Positions 25,119 through 33,125 of a DNA stretch of 37,806 bases are shown piece by piece. The stretch lies in the NCBI GenBank assembly GCA_964459705.1, contig CAYWNR010000001.1, forward strand, positions 16,481 through 54,286, read 5' to 3'. A model generated the notes under the pieces. The model was not told the DNA's origin. It made no database searches and saw nothing but the letters and a program-made list of their open reading frames with translations. The DNA is from an uncultured Gemmatimonadaceae bacterium. GTDB lineage: Bacteria; Gemmatimonadota; Gemmatimonadetes; Gemmatimonadales; GWC2-71-9. Numbering within the stretch: the first letter of the stretch is position 1; every line of letters begins with the position of its first letter. A program made the translations under genes and the position numbers.

Positions 25119-25503
25119 GCCCGACCTTGCTTCGGTCAACGTCCTGGACGTCACCCCCGTCCGGCTCGCGGCCTGGGAGGAACGCGGCGACCGTGTCGTC
25201 CTCATCCGCCCGCGTCCGCGCGCGGCTTGGTATCTCCTTCCATATGAATGGCTGCGCTACCTGCTTGCGGTCCACCGCATTCAATTGGATGCGGTTGGCA
25301 GCGCCGCGTGGTTGGCGTGCGACGGTGCCCGGACGACCGGCGACATCGCGTCCCTGCTCCGCGACGCGTTCGGCGAGACCGTCGAACCCGTGGAGCAGCG
25401 ACTCGGCCAGCTCGTGAGGCGCCTGCGGCACGAGGGATTGCTCGCCTACCGGGAGCTCGATGCCCCGATCACCCACCCCGACACGCAGTTGAACGCCCGT
25501 TGA
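25111..25503 (+). CDS. PqqD-family (RiPP recognition element-like) small protein (130 aa)
   Basis: The core IQLDAVGSAAWLACDGARTTGDIASLLRDAFGETVEPVEQRLGQLVRRLRHEGLL fits the PqqD pattern: LD..g..iW.l.DG.rt..ei...l...f....e....v..fl..L...GLl. GTG 25111 is the only start in this frame that does not run deep into the regulator gene, and it overlaps the regulator's stop by 8 nt. Confidence 0.65.
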   Translation: MAKPDLASVNVLDVTPVRLAAWEERGDRVVLIRPRPRAAWYLLPYEWLRYLLAVHRIQLDAVGSAAWLACDGARTTGDIASLLRDAFGETVEPVEQRLGQLVRRLRHEGLLAYRELDAPITHPDTQLNAR

Positions 25504-25525
25504 GTTGGAGGCATACTCTTTGACC

Positions 25526-26593
25526 ATGCAATCGACCTCCCTTGCCTTCCTGCATCGCCTCCTCGACGCGCCGGGACCGTCCGGGTTCGAGACCGGCCCC
25601 GCCCGCCTGTGGCGAGACGAAGCCGCGACCCTCGCCGACACCGTCTCCGGCGACGTCGCGGGCAACTCCATCGCCGTGCTCAACCCCAAGGGCGCGCCGC
25701 GGGTCATGTTCGCGGGGCACATCGACGAGATCGGCCTCATGGTGAGTCACGTCGACGACGACGGATTCCTTTCCTTCCAAACCATCGGCGGCTGGGACAG
25801 TCAGGTCCTGGTCGGCCAACGGGTGGTGATCGCCGCGCGCGGCGGGCCCGTGGCCGGCGTGATCGGCCGGAAGGCCGTGCACCTCCTCAAGTCGGAAGAG
25901 AAGGACAAGGCGACGAAGATCACGGAGCTGTGGATCGACATCGGAGCCAAGACCCGGAAGGACGCCCTTCGGCGTGTCCGGATTGGCGACTCGGCGGTCC
26001 TCGCGCAGACGTCGTTGACTCTTCCGAATGGGCGGCTCGTTTCCCGGAGCATCGACAACCGCATCGGCGCGTTCATCGTGCTCGAGGCGCTGCGTCGCCT
26101 GCGACGCTCCAAGCCGAAGGCGCTCGTGCACGCCGTCGCGACCACACAGGAGGAGATCGGGTGGCTCGGCGGCGGCGCGCGCACGAGCGCGACGGGCCTC
26201 GAGCCGACCGTGGCCCTCGTGGTGGACGTGACGCACGCTACCGACCACCCGGGGCTGGAGAAGAAGGACGTGGGTGACGTTCGCCTTGGGGGCGGCCCCG
26301 TGCTCTCGCGCGGATCCGTGATCAATCCCGTGGTGTTCGACCTGCTTACCGAGACCGCCGAGCGGGAGAAGATCCCGTATCAGCTCCAGGCCGCGCCCCG
26401 GGATACCGGCACCGACGCGGACGCCATCGCGGGCAGCCATCGCGGCGTCGCGACGGGACTGGTGTCCGTCCCGAACCGCTACATGCACAGCCCGAACGAG
26501 ATGGTGGATGTCGGCGACCTCGAGAAGGCTGCCCGGTTGCTGGCCGCGTTTGCCCGGCGCGTGACGCCGAAGCTCGATTTCACACCTGGGTAG
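25526..26593 (+). CDS. M42 family metallo-aminopeptidase (FrvX/YsdC/TET-like), 355 aa
   Basis: Motifs seen: FAGHIDEIGLMV, SRSIDNRIGAF, TTQEEIGWLGG, VVDVTHATDHP and NRYMHSPNEMV. GGAGG at 25507-25511 lies 14 nt upstream of ATG 25526. The listed TTG 25505 start is less likely. Confidence 0.9.
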   Translation: MQSTSLAFLHRLLDAPGPSGFETGPARLWRDEAATLADTVSGDVAGNSIAVLNPKGAPRVMFAGHIDEIGLMVSHVDDDGFLSFQTIGGWDSQVLVGQRVVIAARGGPVAGVIGRKAVHLLKSEEKDKATKITELWIDIGAKTRKDALRRVRIGDSAVLAQTSLTLPNGRLVSRSIDNRIGAFIVLEALRRLRRSKPKALVHAVATTQEEIGWLGGGARTSATGLEPTVALVVDVTHATDHPGLEKKDVGDVRLGGGPVLSRGSVINPVVFDLLTETAEREKIPYQLQAAPRDTGTDADAIAGSHRGVATGLVSVPNRYMHSPNEMVDVGDLEKAARLLAAFARRVTPKLDFTPG

Positions 26594-28124
26594 TCGCCGC
26601 GCTTTGCAAGGCCGCCGCCGCCGCCGACCGAATATCCCCTGAGCGGCTCCGGACCAGGTTCTTCAACGCGGCGATCGCCCCCGTGCCACCCGCGGTGCCT
26701 AGCGCCTCGATGGCGGCGAGGCGAGGTGCCATTGCCTTTCGACCAATGAGCTTCCCACCCTCGCTCGCGGCCTTGACGAGTGCCTGCACGGCGTCCGGCG
26801 TCCCGATACGCCCCAGCGCGCGGTAGAACTCCGCGAGCACATCGGGGTCCTGCTCCTCACCAGCCGCCGTTACCAATGACATCGCCAACCCCGAGAGATT
26901 CCGGCCTCCGACTTCCTTCACCACCGCCACCCGCACCTGAACATCGGGATCCGTGAGCAGCTTGCGGAGTGGGAGAGCCGTTTCCGGCGTGCCAATGCGC
27001 GCAAGGGCCATCCCGACGGACCGGCGCACGCGCGGGTCATCGTGTTGCACGGCCCGGGCGAGGGACGGCACGGCTTCGACGATGCGGAGCTCTCCCACGA
27101 GGTCGGCGGCGTTGCGCACCACGAACCACTCATGATGGTTGAGCAGGCTGGCGACGACGTCCGCCCCTTCTTCCATCCGCCGCAGCGCCCGCAGATAGGC
27201 TCGGCGCTCGGCCTGGCTCTGCGCGTCGACCAGGAGATCGAGCAACACCTTCGTTCCGGCCTTGCCCGCGCGCTGCATCAGCAGCACGATGTCCTCGTGG
27301 TACACATCATCGAACACCAACGGCGCGAACTTCCTGAGGTGCTCGGTCGTGAGCAGCCGCCGCATGGCGATGCCGTACTGGCGCTGGATGTCCGCGTCCG
27401 CCGTTTCCGCTTCGATGCGTAGCATGCGGAGGAGCGCCTCGAGGGCTTGATTCAGATCGTTCGCCCCGATGGCCCTGGAAATCCCGTTCTGCACGGCGTC
27501 GAGGCGCGAGAGCAGCGGGGTTGGATCCTCGGGGTCCTGGAGACGCTCAACCGCCGCGGCGAGCGTGCCGGTCGCGGTGCGTTGCTGGCGCTCCATCTCG
27601 CTATAGGCCGCGCCTTTCGCGGACGGAACGACGCCGATCTGCCTCCCCGTCGGCCGCCCCTCGGTGTCGGCCGTCGCGCGGAGCGCCTCGGATGGTCGCA
27701 TGGAGCGGCGCGAGGCCGCCCCCACCTCGCGCTCCCGGGACACGATCGTTACCGTCACCACCTGCGCCGTCTCGAGCCGCTCTTCGAGTTCCTGTGCCGG
27801 CCGGGCGGGCGGCGGCGGCGCGGCGAGCGCCCGCAGCACCTCGACCAGGTCGACGGCGGTTGCCCCGTGCGCGATCATGAGTCGCGCGACGTGATGCGCG
27901 GCCAGGCGCTCCCGCAGGTTGGCGGCGAAGGGCGTCGCGTCCGGCACCTCTTCGCCTTCGGCGGTCAGGCGGGCGCCGTCGAACACCACGACCGCGCTCC
28001 GCCGGGCGACGAGTTCCGCGAGCGCCTGCAGCGCCGTGCGGTGGTCGTCCGTGGTTTCCTGCGTCCGGGCCATCAGCTCCAGCAGACGGCCCAGAAGAAC
28101 GGCGATCTTGATCTCGTCTCGCAT
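26580..28124 (-). CDS. HEAT-repeat protein A (514 aa): unknown N-terminal domain plus C-terminal HEAT/PBS-lyase-like repeats
   Basis: HEAT-like units recur at the C-terminus: AVPSLARAVQHDDPRVRRSVGMALARIGTPETALPLRKLLTDPDVQVRVAVVKEVG and FYRALGRIGTPDAVQALV. The N-terminal ~100 aa are paralogous to the next gene. Confidence 0.8.
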   Translation of the reverse strand: MRDEIKIAVLLGRLLELMARTQETTDDHRTALQALAELVARRSAVVVFDGARLTAEGEEVPDATPFAANLRERLAAHHVARLMIAHGATAVDLVEVLRALAAPPPPARPAQELEERLETAQVVTVTIVSREREVGAASRRSMRPSEALRATADTEGRPTGRQIGVVPSAKGAAYSEMERQQRTATGTLAAAVERLQDPEDPTPLLSRLDAVQNGISRAIGANDLNQALEALLRMLRIEAETADADIQRQYGIAMRRLLTTEHLRKFAPLVFDDVYHEDIVLLMQRAGKAGTKVLLDLLVDAQSQAERRAYLRALRRMEEGADVVASLLNHHEWFVVRNAADLVGELRIVEAVPSLARAVQHDDPRVRRSVGMALARIGTPETALPLRKLLTDPDVQVRVAVVKEVGGRNLSGLAMSLVTAAGEEQDPDVLAEFYRALGRIGTPDAVQALVKAASEGGKLIGRKAMAPRLAAIEALGTAGGTGAIAALKNLVRSRSGDIRSAAAAALQSAATTQV

Positions 28125-28136
28125 GGGGGGTCGAAG

Positions 28137-29630
28137 TTACGGGCTGCCGCCGGGCGCGGCAATCGTGAGGTCTTCCAAGGCCTCGCGCGCCGACCGTCGG
28201 ACTTCCCGGTCGCGATCTCCGGTCAGCTCGCGCAGCGCACTGACCGCGCCCTGCCCCGCCGCCAACCGGAGCCCATCGATGGCTGCCACGCGCAACCCGG
28301 TCTGCCGCCGCCAGAATTGCCACCGGGGCGGCATCGCCCACCGCACCAGCGTCGCCACCGCGTCGGGAGTCCCGATCCTCCCCAAAGCCCGCGCGAATTC
28401 CGCGCGGAGATCCGGGTTCCGTTCCCGCAGCCCGAGCCGTGCGAGCGGCTCGGTCAGGGAGCCAAGCGACGCGTCCCCAATGGCCCGCGCGACACACAGG
28501 CGGAGCGAGGAATCGTCGCCGTCCAGGATCTGGCGCAACTGCTCCAGCGCGGGGACGCCAATCCTCGCGAGCGCCGTTGCGATCGCAACCCGCACAGCCG
28601 GCGTGGGATGGCTGAGCACCCGGGAAAGCGCGGGGACTGCCTCGCGGACCCCGAGGTTCCCCAGAATCTCCGCCACCCGGCGCACGAGTTGAGCATCCGG
28701 ATCCTGCAACAACAGGACGAGTGATCGCAGCCCCTCGGTTTGCCCACGCAACAGCGTCAGGTATCGACGCCGGACGTCCAGGTCGTCCGCGCGCAACAGG
28801 CGGTCACGCAGCACGTACGCGCCGGCCACGCCACTTCGCTGTAACACGCGGACCGCCGCCGACCGGTGCCCCTCGTCCAGGGCGGAGTCGGCCGCATCCG
28901 CCAACAGGACCGGCGTCAGCAGCGGCGTGAGGGCATCTCGGAAGATGGCCCGCACGCCTACGGTCGGGGCCGTCTCCTCCAACTGGACAAGCTGGGCGAC
29001 CGCCCGGACGGCGCCGGAGACGCGGCCGTGCGCCAACTCCTCGTTGACGTGCGCAGCCACGGCCTCGAGGCGCGCGGCCAGGTCGTGGACGTTGGGATCC
29101 AGCGCGATGGCGGCCACCGCGCGCTCGGGCCGGGAGAGCGACGGCGCGCGAAGCACCGCCTCGGACAACGCGTTGCGCACGCGCGGATCGCCCGACGGAC
29201 GAACGGCATCCAGTCGGATCTCCTCCGGGAGCAGGTCGCCGCCGACGACCACCGAGATACCAACCGCCTGGGACGCGCGGAACCGGGTCACGGGATCCTG
29301 GCCATCGACGAGCCCGCCAAGTGGCATGGCCAGCGTTCGCAGGAGCTGGAGCATGGCCGCGGGCGCGGAGTCCTTCTCGATCTGGATCTCGCGGAGGTCG
29401 TGCGCCTCCATTTGGGCGATCAGGGTGGGGACCCCGGGCAGGGCCTTCCCGATTTCCGTGTCCTCAACCCACAACTTCCCATCCCTGACGCGCAGCGTTG
29501 CCCCCCCAAGGCCGGTGAGGGCGACGAGCACGCGCAGCGCGCCCTTGAGCTCGGGTACGGCATCGGGCCGGCGGCGGAAGAGATCCACCGCCCGGCCAAG
29601 CGTAATCGCGAAATTGTCGTAGTTCAGCAT
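28137..29630 (-). CDS. HEAT-repeat protein B (497 aa), paralog of protein A
   Basis: The internal ATG at 29630-29628 gives MLNYDNFAITLGRAVDLF, which aligns with the paralog start MRDEIKIAVLLGRLLELM. The upstream 131 residues of the listed ORF are R/P/S-rich junk. HEAT units include AVPALSRVLSHPTPAVRVAIATALARIG and FARALGRIGTPDAVATLV. The gap to gene A is 12 nt. Confidence 0.8.
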   Translation of the reverse strand: MLNYDNFAITLGRAVDLFRRRPDAVPELKGALRVLVALTGLGGATLRVRDGKLWVEDTEIGKALPGVPTLIAQMEAHDLREIQIEKDSAPAAMLQLLRTLAMPLGGLVDGQDPVTRFRASQAVGISVVVGGDLLPEEIRLDAVRPSGDPRVRNALSEAVLRAPSLSRPERAVAAIALDPNVHDLAARLEAVAAHVNEELAHGRVSGAVRAVAQLVQLEETAPTVGVRAIFRDALTPLLTPVLLADAADSALDEGHRSAAVRVLQRSGVAGAYVLRDRLLRADDLDVRRRYLTLLRGQTEGLRSLVLLLQDPDAQLVRRVAEILGNLGVREAVPALSRVLSHPTPAVRVAIATALARIGVPALEQLRQILDGDDSSLRLCVARAIGDASLGSLTEPLARLGLRERNPDLRAEFARALGRIGTPDAVATLVRWAMPPRWQFWRRQTGLRVAAIDGLRLAAGQGAVSALRELTGDRDREVRRSAREALEDLTIAAPGGSP

Positions 29631-29850
29631 CGCGTAATCAGCGAAGATAGACCGTGGACGGCAGGGGCGGCAACGCGGCCGCCGAGGGGGGGATCCCCGG
29701 GCCCCCACGCCCCGAGGCGACCGCGAGGCGTCCCATAGAGACGGACTGGACCCCTCATTACCTTTCGACCCGTTCCCCCGTCGAGTCGATCGATGGTTAC
29801 GCCGCCCGCACCACGGGGTTGACCAGCGACCCCTTTGCGAGAAAACCGCC

Positions 29851-31101
29851 ATGAGCCGTCGTAGTAAGCTCCTGCTTTTCGCCCTCGTTCTGAGCCCCGC
29901 GACCCTGCCGGCCCAGTCCACGTCCAGTCGGCGGATCGGCGCCGACATTGCGTTTCTGGCCGACGATGCCCGCGATGGACGCGGGATCGGCACTGCCGGC
30001 CTCGACGCGTCCGCCGAGTACATCGCACGGACGTTCGCGCGGATCGGTCTCAGTCAGCCGTTCCCCGACGGATTCTTCCAGACGTTCACCATCGACCCAA
30101 CGGCCCCGGCGGCGGCGCATACCGGCATCGGGGGCGCAGTGGTGAAGAACGTCGTTGGTGTGCTGCCGGGCCGCGGCCCGCTCGCGGGGCAGGTGATCGT
30201 CATCGGGGCGCACTACGATCACCTCGGGTTGGGCGGGCCGAACGCCCTCGACCCCGACAGCACCGGGATCGTGCACAACGGCGCGGACGACAACGCGTCG
30301 GGCACGGCGGCCGTGATGGAGGTCGCCCGTTTGCTGCGCGGCCGGCTGCGGGGCGATCGCCGGACGATCGTCTTCGTGACGTTCACCGGGGAGGAGGAGG
30401 GGCTCATCGGCTCCACCTACTATGTGCAGCATCCGGTGGCCCCGCTGGACTCCACCGTCACCATGCTCAACTTCGACATGGTCGGCCGGCTGCGGGACGA
30501 CAAGCTGCTCGCGATGGGAGCCGAGACGGCCCTTGAGTTCACGCCGCTGCTCGACTCGCTCAACGCGGACTACAAGTTCGACCTCAAGGCCAGCGGGGAC
30601 GGCTGGGGGCCGAGCGATCAGGCGTCGTTCTACGCCGCGAAGATCCCCGTCATCATGTTGTTCACGGACCTGCACTCCGACTATCACCGGGTGAGCGACG
30701 ATTTCGCGACGATCAACACCAACGGCGAGGGTCGCATCGCCGGTTTCGCGGCGGATCTCGCGGTGGCGCTCGCCACCAGACCGGAGCGGCCGACCTACAA
30801 CAGCATCCCGCGCCCGGAGCCGCCAAAAGGCGGCACGCGCGCGTGGCTCGGCACCATCCCCGACATGACGGGGTCCCCGGGCGGCGTGCGGCTCACCGGC
30901 GTCACCGCGGGAAGTCCCGCCGCCGACGCGGGTCTCCAGGCAGGGGACGTCCTCATCAAGCTCGGAGACTACGACATCGCGAATCTCAACGACATGCAGA
31001 ACGCGCTGGTGTCGTACAAGGCGGGGGACGTCGTCCAGATCGTGGTGCGGCGGAGCGAGGAAACGAAGACGCTCACGGTGACGCTGCGGTCGCGTGGATA
31101 G
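29851..31101 (+). CDS. Secreted M28 family metallopeptidase with a C-terminal PDZ domain (416 aa)
   Basis: Signal peptide MSRRSKLLLFALVLSPATLPA-QS. M28 motifs GAHYDHLG, GADDNASGTAAVME, FTGEEEGLIGS, LNFDMVG and HSDYHRVSD. PDZ-like segment GVRLTGVTAGSPAADAGLQAGDVLIKLGDYDI. Confidence 0.9.
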   Translation: MSRRSKLLLFALVLSPATLPAQSTSSRRIGADIAFLADDARDGRGIGTAGLDASAEYIARTFARIGLSQPFPDGFFQTFTIDPTAPAAAHTGIGGAVVKNVVGVLPGRGPLAGQVIVIGAHYDHLGLGGPNALDPDSTGIVHNGADDNASGTAAVMEVARLLRGRLRGDRRTIVFVTFTGEEEGLIGSTYYVQHPVAPLDSTVTMLNFDMVGRLRDDKLLAMGAETALEFTPLLDSLNADYKFDLKASGDGWGPSDQASFYAAKIPVIMLFTDLHSDYHRVSDDFATINTNGEGRIAGFAADLAVALATRPERPTYNSIPRPEPPKGGTRAWLGTIPDMTGSPGGVRLTGVTAGSPAADAGLQAGDVLIKLGDYDIANLNDMQNALVSYKAGDVVQIVVRRSEETKTLTVTLRSRG

Positions 31102-31555
31102 GAGCGTCCTCGACGCGGACGCGGTGGTGCGAGCCCTCCACGCTGCGTTTACGCACGACGTCGACCGCGCGGGACTGCTCCAGCTCGCGGCCGGCCGGAT
31201 CCGGGCCGCGGGCGCACCCTACAGCGGGGTGTACCTGTACATGCTCCACGGCGACGAACTCGTGCTCGAGGCGTTCGACGGACGGCCGACGGACCACACG
31301 CGGATTCCGGTGGGGGCCGGCATCTGCGGGCGGGCGGTGGCCGAGGGGCGCGATCTCAACGTGCCGGACGTCCACCAGGCCGACGGGTATCTGGCCTGCA
31401 GCATCGACACGAAGTCGGAACTGGTCGCGCTGATCCGACGTCACGATGAGATCCTGGGGCAGATCGACATCGACAGCGATGTCCCCGACGGGTTCGACGC
31501 GAGCGAAGAGGCGGCGGTCCGGGCGGTAGCGGATGCGCTGGCCGCGTTGCTCTAG
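31094..31555 (+). CDS. GAF domain protein, similar to free methionine-(R)-sulfoxide reductase (153 aa)
   Basis: GVYLYML..DELVLEAFDG....RIPVGAGICGRAVAEGRDLNVPDVHQADGYLACSIDTKSELVALIR..DEILGQIDIDSDVPDGF matches the YebR/fRMsr-type GAF pattern. One of the usual Cys positions is not conserved. The GTG start overlaps the M28 stop by 8 nt. Confidence 0.75.
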   Translation: MDRSVLDADAVVRALHAAFTHDVDRAGLLQLAAGRIRAAGAPYSGVYLYMLHGDELVLEAFDGRPTDHTRIPVGAGICGRAVAEGRDLNVPDVHQADGYLACSIDTKSELVALIRRHDEILGQIDIDSDVPDGFDASEEAAVRAVADALAALL

Positions 31556-31597
31556 CTGACAGAGCAGCGGGACAGAGGGGCGGAGAGAAGAAAGAAG

Positions 31598-32455
31598 ATG
31601 AGCAATGCGCCCCTGACGGGCACGACGGAGTCCCTGCTGTCTGTCAACGGGATCCACCTATTCACCCGCCGCATCGGCAGCGGACCGATGGTGGTCGTGC
31701 TCCACGGCGGTCCCGGCGCCCACCACGACTACCTGCTCCCACAATACGACCGGCTCGCCCGGGGCCGGACGCTCCAATACTACGACCAGCGCGGCGGCGG
31801 GCGGTCGCCCGTGGATCGCGAGGTGCCGGTGGGATGGCAGGCGCACGTCGCCGACCTGGACGCGCTCCTCGAGGCCTGGGACGCCGTGCCCGGGACACTC
31901 TTGGGATACTCGTGGGGCGGCCTGCTCGCCCTGGTGTACGCCATCGCGCACCCGGCGCGGGTGGCCCGCCTGGCGCTCGTCTGTCCCGCCCCCGTGACCG
32001 GGAAGGACCGGCGGCGGTTCGAGACCGCGTTCGCCGAGCGTTCGCGGGCGCCCGCGATCGTCCGGGCGCGCGAGGAGCTGCAGGCATCGGACCTGCGCGA
32101 CCGTGATGCCGACGCCTACCGTCGCCGGCTGTTCGAGCTTTCGGTGGCCGGGTATTTCCACGATCCCGCCAAGGCGGAAGACCTCACGCCGTTTCGCGTC
32201 ACGGGCCGTACGCAAGAAGAGGTTTGGGCCAGCCTCGGTCACTACGACCTGCGCACTGACCTGCGGGGCCTCGCGATTCCGGCGCGCGTGTTCGCCGGGC
32301 GGCACGACCCCATTCCGCTCGACGCGGCCGAGACGACCGCGGCGTGTTTGGGCGCCGAGCTGGTGGTCTTCGAAGCATCGGGTCACTGCCCGCACGTCGA
32401 GGAGCCCGACGCGTTCGTCGCGGTGCTGGACCCCTGGCTCCGCGGGGACATGTGA
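31598..32455 (+). CDS. Alpha/beta hydrolase, proline iminopeptidase-like (285 aa)
   Basis: VVVLHGGPGAHHDY...YYDQRGGGRS, nucleophile elbow GYSWGG and C-terminal SGHCPHVEEP. A purine-rich stretch, GAGAGAAGAAAGAAG, lies just upstream of the ATG. Confidence 0.85.
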   Translation: MSNAPLTGTTESLLSVNGIHLFTRRIGSGPMVVVLHGGPGAHHDYLLPQYDRLARGRTLQYYDQRGGGRSPVDREVPVGWQAHVADLDALLEAWDAVPGTLLGYSWGGLLALVYAIAHPARVARLALVCPAPVTGKDRRRFETAFAERSRAPAIVRAREELQASDLRDRDADAYRRRLFELSVAGYFHDPAKAEDLTPFRVTGRTQEEVWASLGHYDLRTDLRGLAIPARVFAGRHDPIPLDAAETTAACLGAELVVFEASGHCPHVEEPDAFVAVLDPWLRGDM

Positions 32456-33111
32456 GTCGGCCGACCCCCTTCGAGCTGATCTTCGCGGACGTCGCCGATG
32501 AGCTATCGGCGATCGGGATGGCGAGTCTCGAGGGCGGTGGCGATCTGGGTGACGCCTTTGCGAGTATGGCCGAGGTGCAGCGCTTGCTGCAGCGGATCGA
32601 GGTTCCGGAGCTCGTGGACGGCGCCCCGGAGGCCGCGGCAGAGTACCTGGCACTCGTGTACGCCGCCGCTCGTTTCGGCGCCGCGGGGAAGTCGGTGCTC
32701 GCCCCGTCGCGGCAAGCACTGGAACCGATGCTCGATCGCGTGCCAGCCCCGGGTGTGCCTCCCGTCCCACAGAACGCCTGTTACCTCCAGCTCCCGACCC
32801 ACTGGATTTGGGCCCAGGCAGCCGAGCATGGGCCTCACGAGCCCCTGGACGGCATGTTTGCGGTCGCGTCGTTGCGCGGCGACGTGACGACGGTCGTGGC
32901 GGTGCTCGGCATGCGGGCAGAGCGCGGCGGGTTCACGCAGGTGACGGTGCAGGCCGGCGCCGCGGAATTCGAGGCCGCGCGGACGTTGCGACGGACCCCA
33001 CCTTTCGGTCCGTTGATGGACGCCGGCGCGTCGCGGGGCTTCCGATCCGTCGCCAACCCGGCCGAGCTTCTCACGCTCACGCACCTCGCGCTGCTCGCCG
33101 CCGGCGCGTAG
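32452..33111 (+). CDS. Hypothetical protein (219 aa)
   Basis: GTG 32452 overlaps the hydrolase TGA as GTGA. The composition is protein-like with G/C-rich third positions, and I recognised no motif. The listed start at 32344 would overlap the hydrolase by 112 nt. Confidence 0.6.
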   Translation: MSRPTPFELIFADVADELSAIGMASLEGGGDLGDAFASMAEVQRLLQRIEVPELVDGAPEAAAEYLALVYAAARFGAAGKSVLAPSRQALEPMLDRVPAPGVPPVPQNACYLQLPTHWIWAQAAEHGPHEPLDGMFAVASLRGDVTTVVAVLGMRAERGGFTQVTVQAGAAEFEAARTLRRTPPFGPLMDAGASRGFRSVANPAELLTLTHLALLAAGA

Positions 33112-33125
33112 GTTCGCCGTTCAAG

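Noticed and set aside
22679-26488. Minus-strand ORFs 22679-23812, 24496-25740 and 25469-26488, antisense to the regulator, PqqD-like and M42 genes
   Set aside because: They have Arg/Ser/Pro/Gly-rich composition and no motifs. The plus-strand genes carry clear family signatures.
29631-29850. 220-nt divergent intergenic region between HEAT B and M28, inspected for ncRNA, riboswitch or promoter motifs
   Set aside because: I recognised no conserved RNA motif. TTGACC at 29819 has only a poor -10 candidate, and nothing here could be supported from sequence alone.
29631-30023. N-terminal 131-aa extension of HEAT protein B as listed (start 30023)
   Set aside because: It is R/S/P/G-rich junk that would run into the divergent M28 gene's start region. 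ATG 29630 aligns with the paralog's N-terminus.
32808-33125. Upstream extensions of PolX (32808), nth (33695), the hypothetical (32344) and the PqqD-like gene (24991)
   Set aside because: The extensions are Arg/Gly-rich and overlap the well-supported preceding genes. Internal starts at 33126, 34844, 32452 and 25111 give recognisable N-termini and short coupling overlaps.
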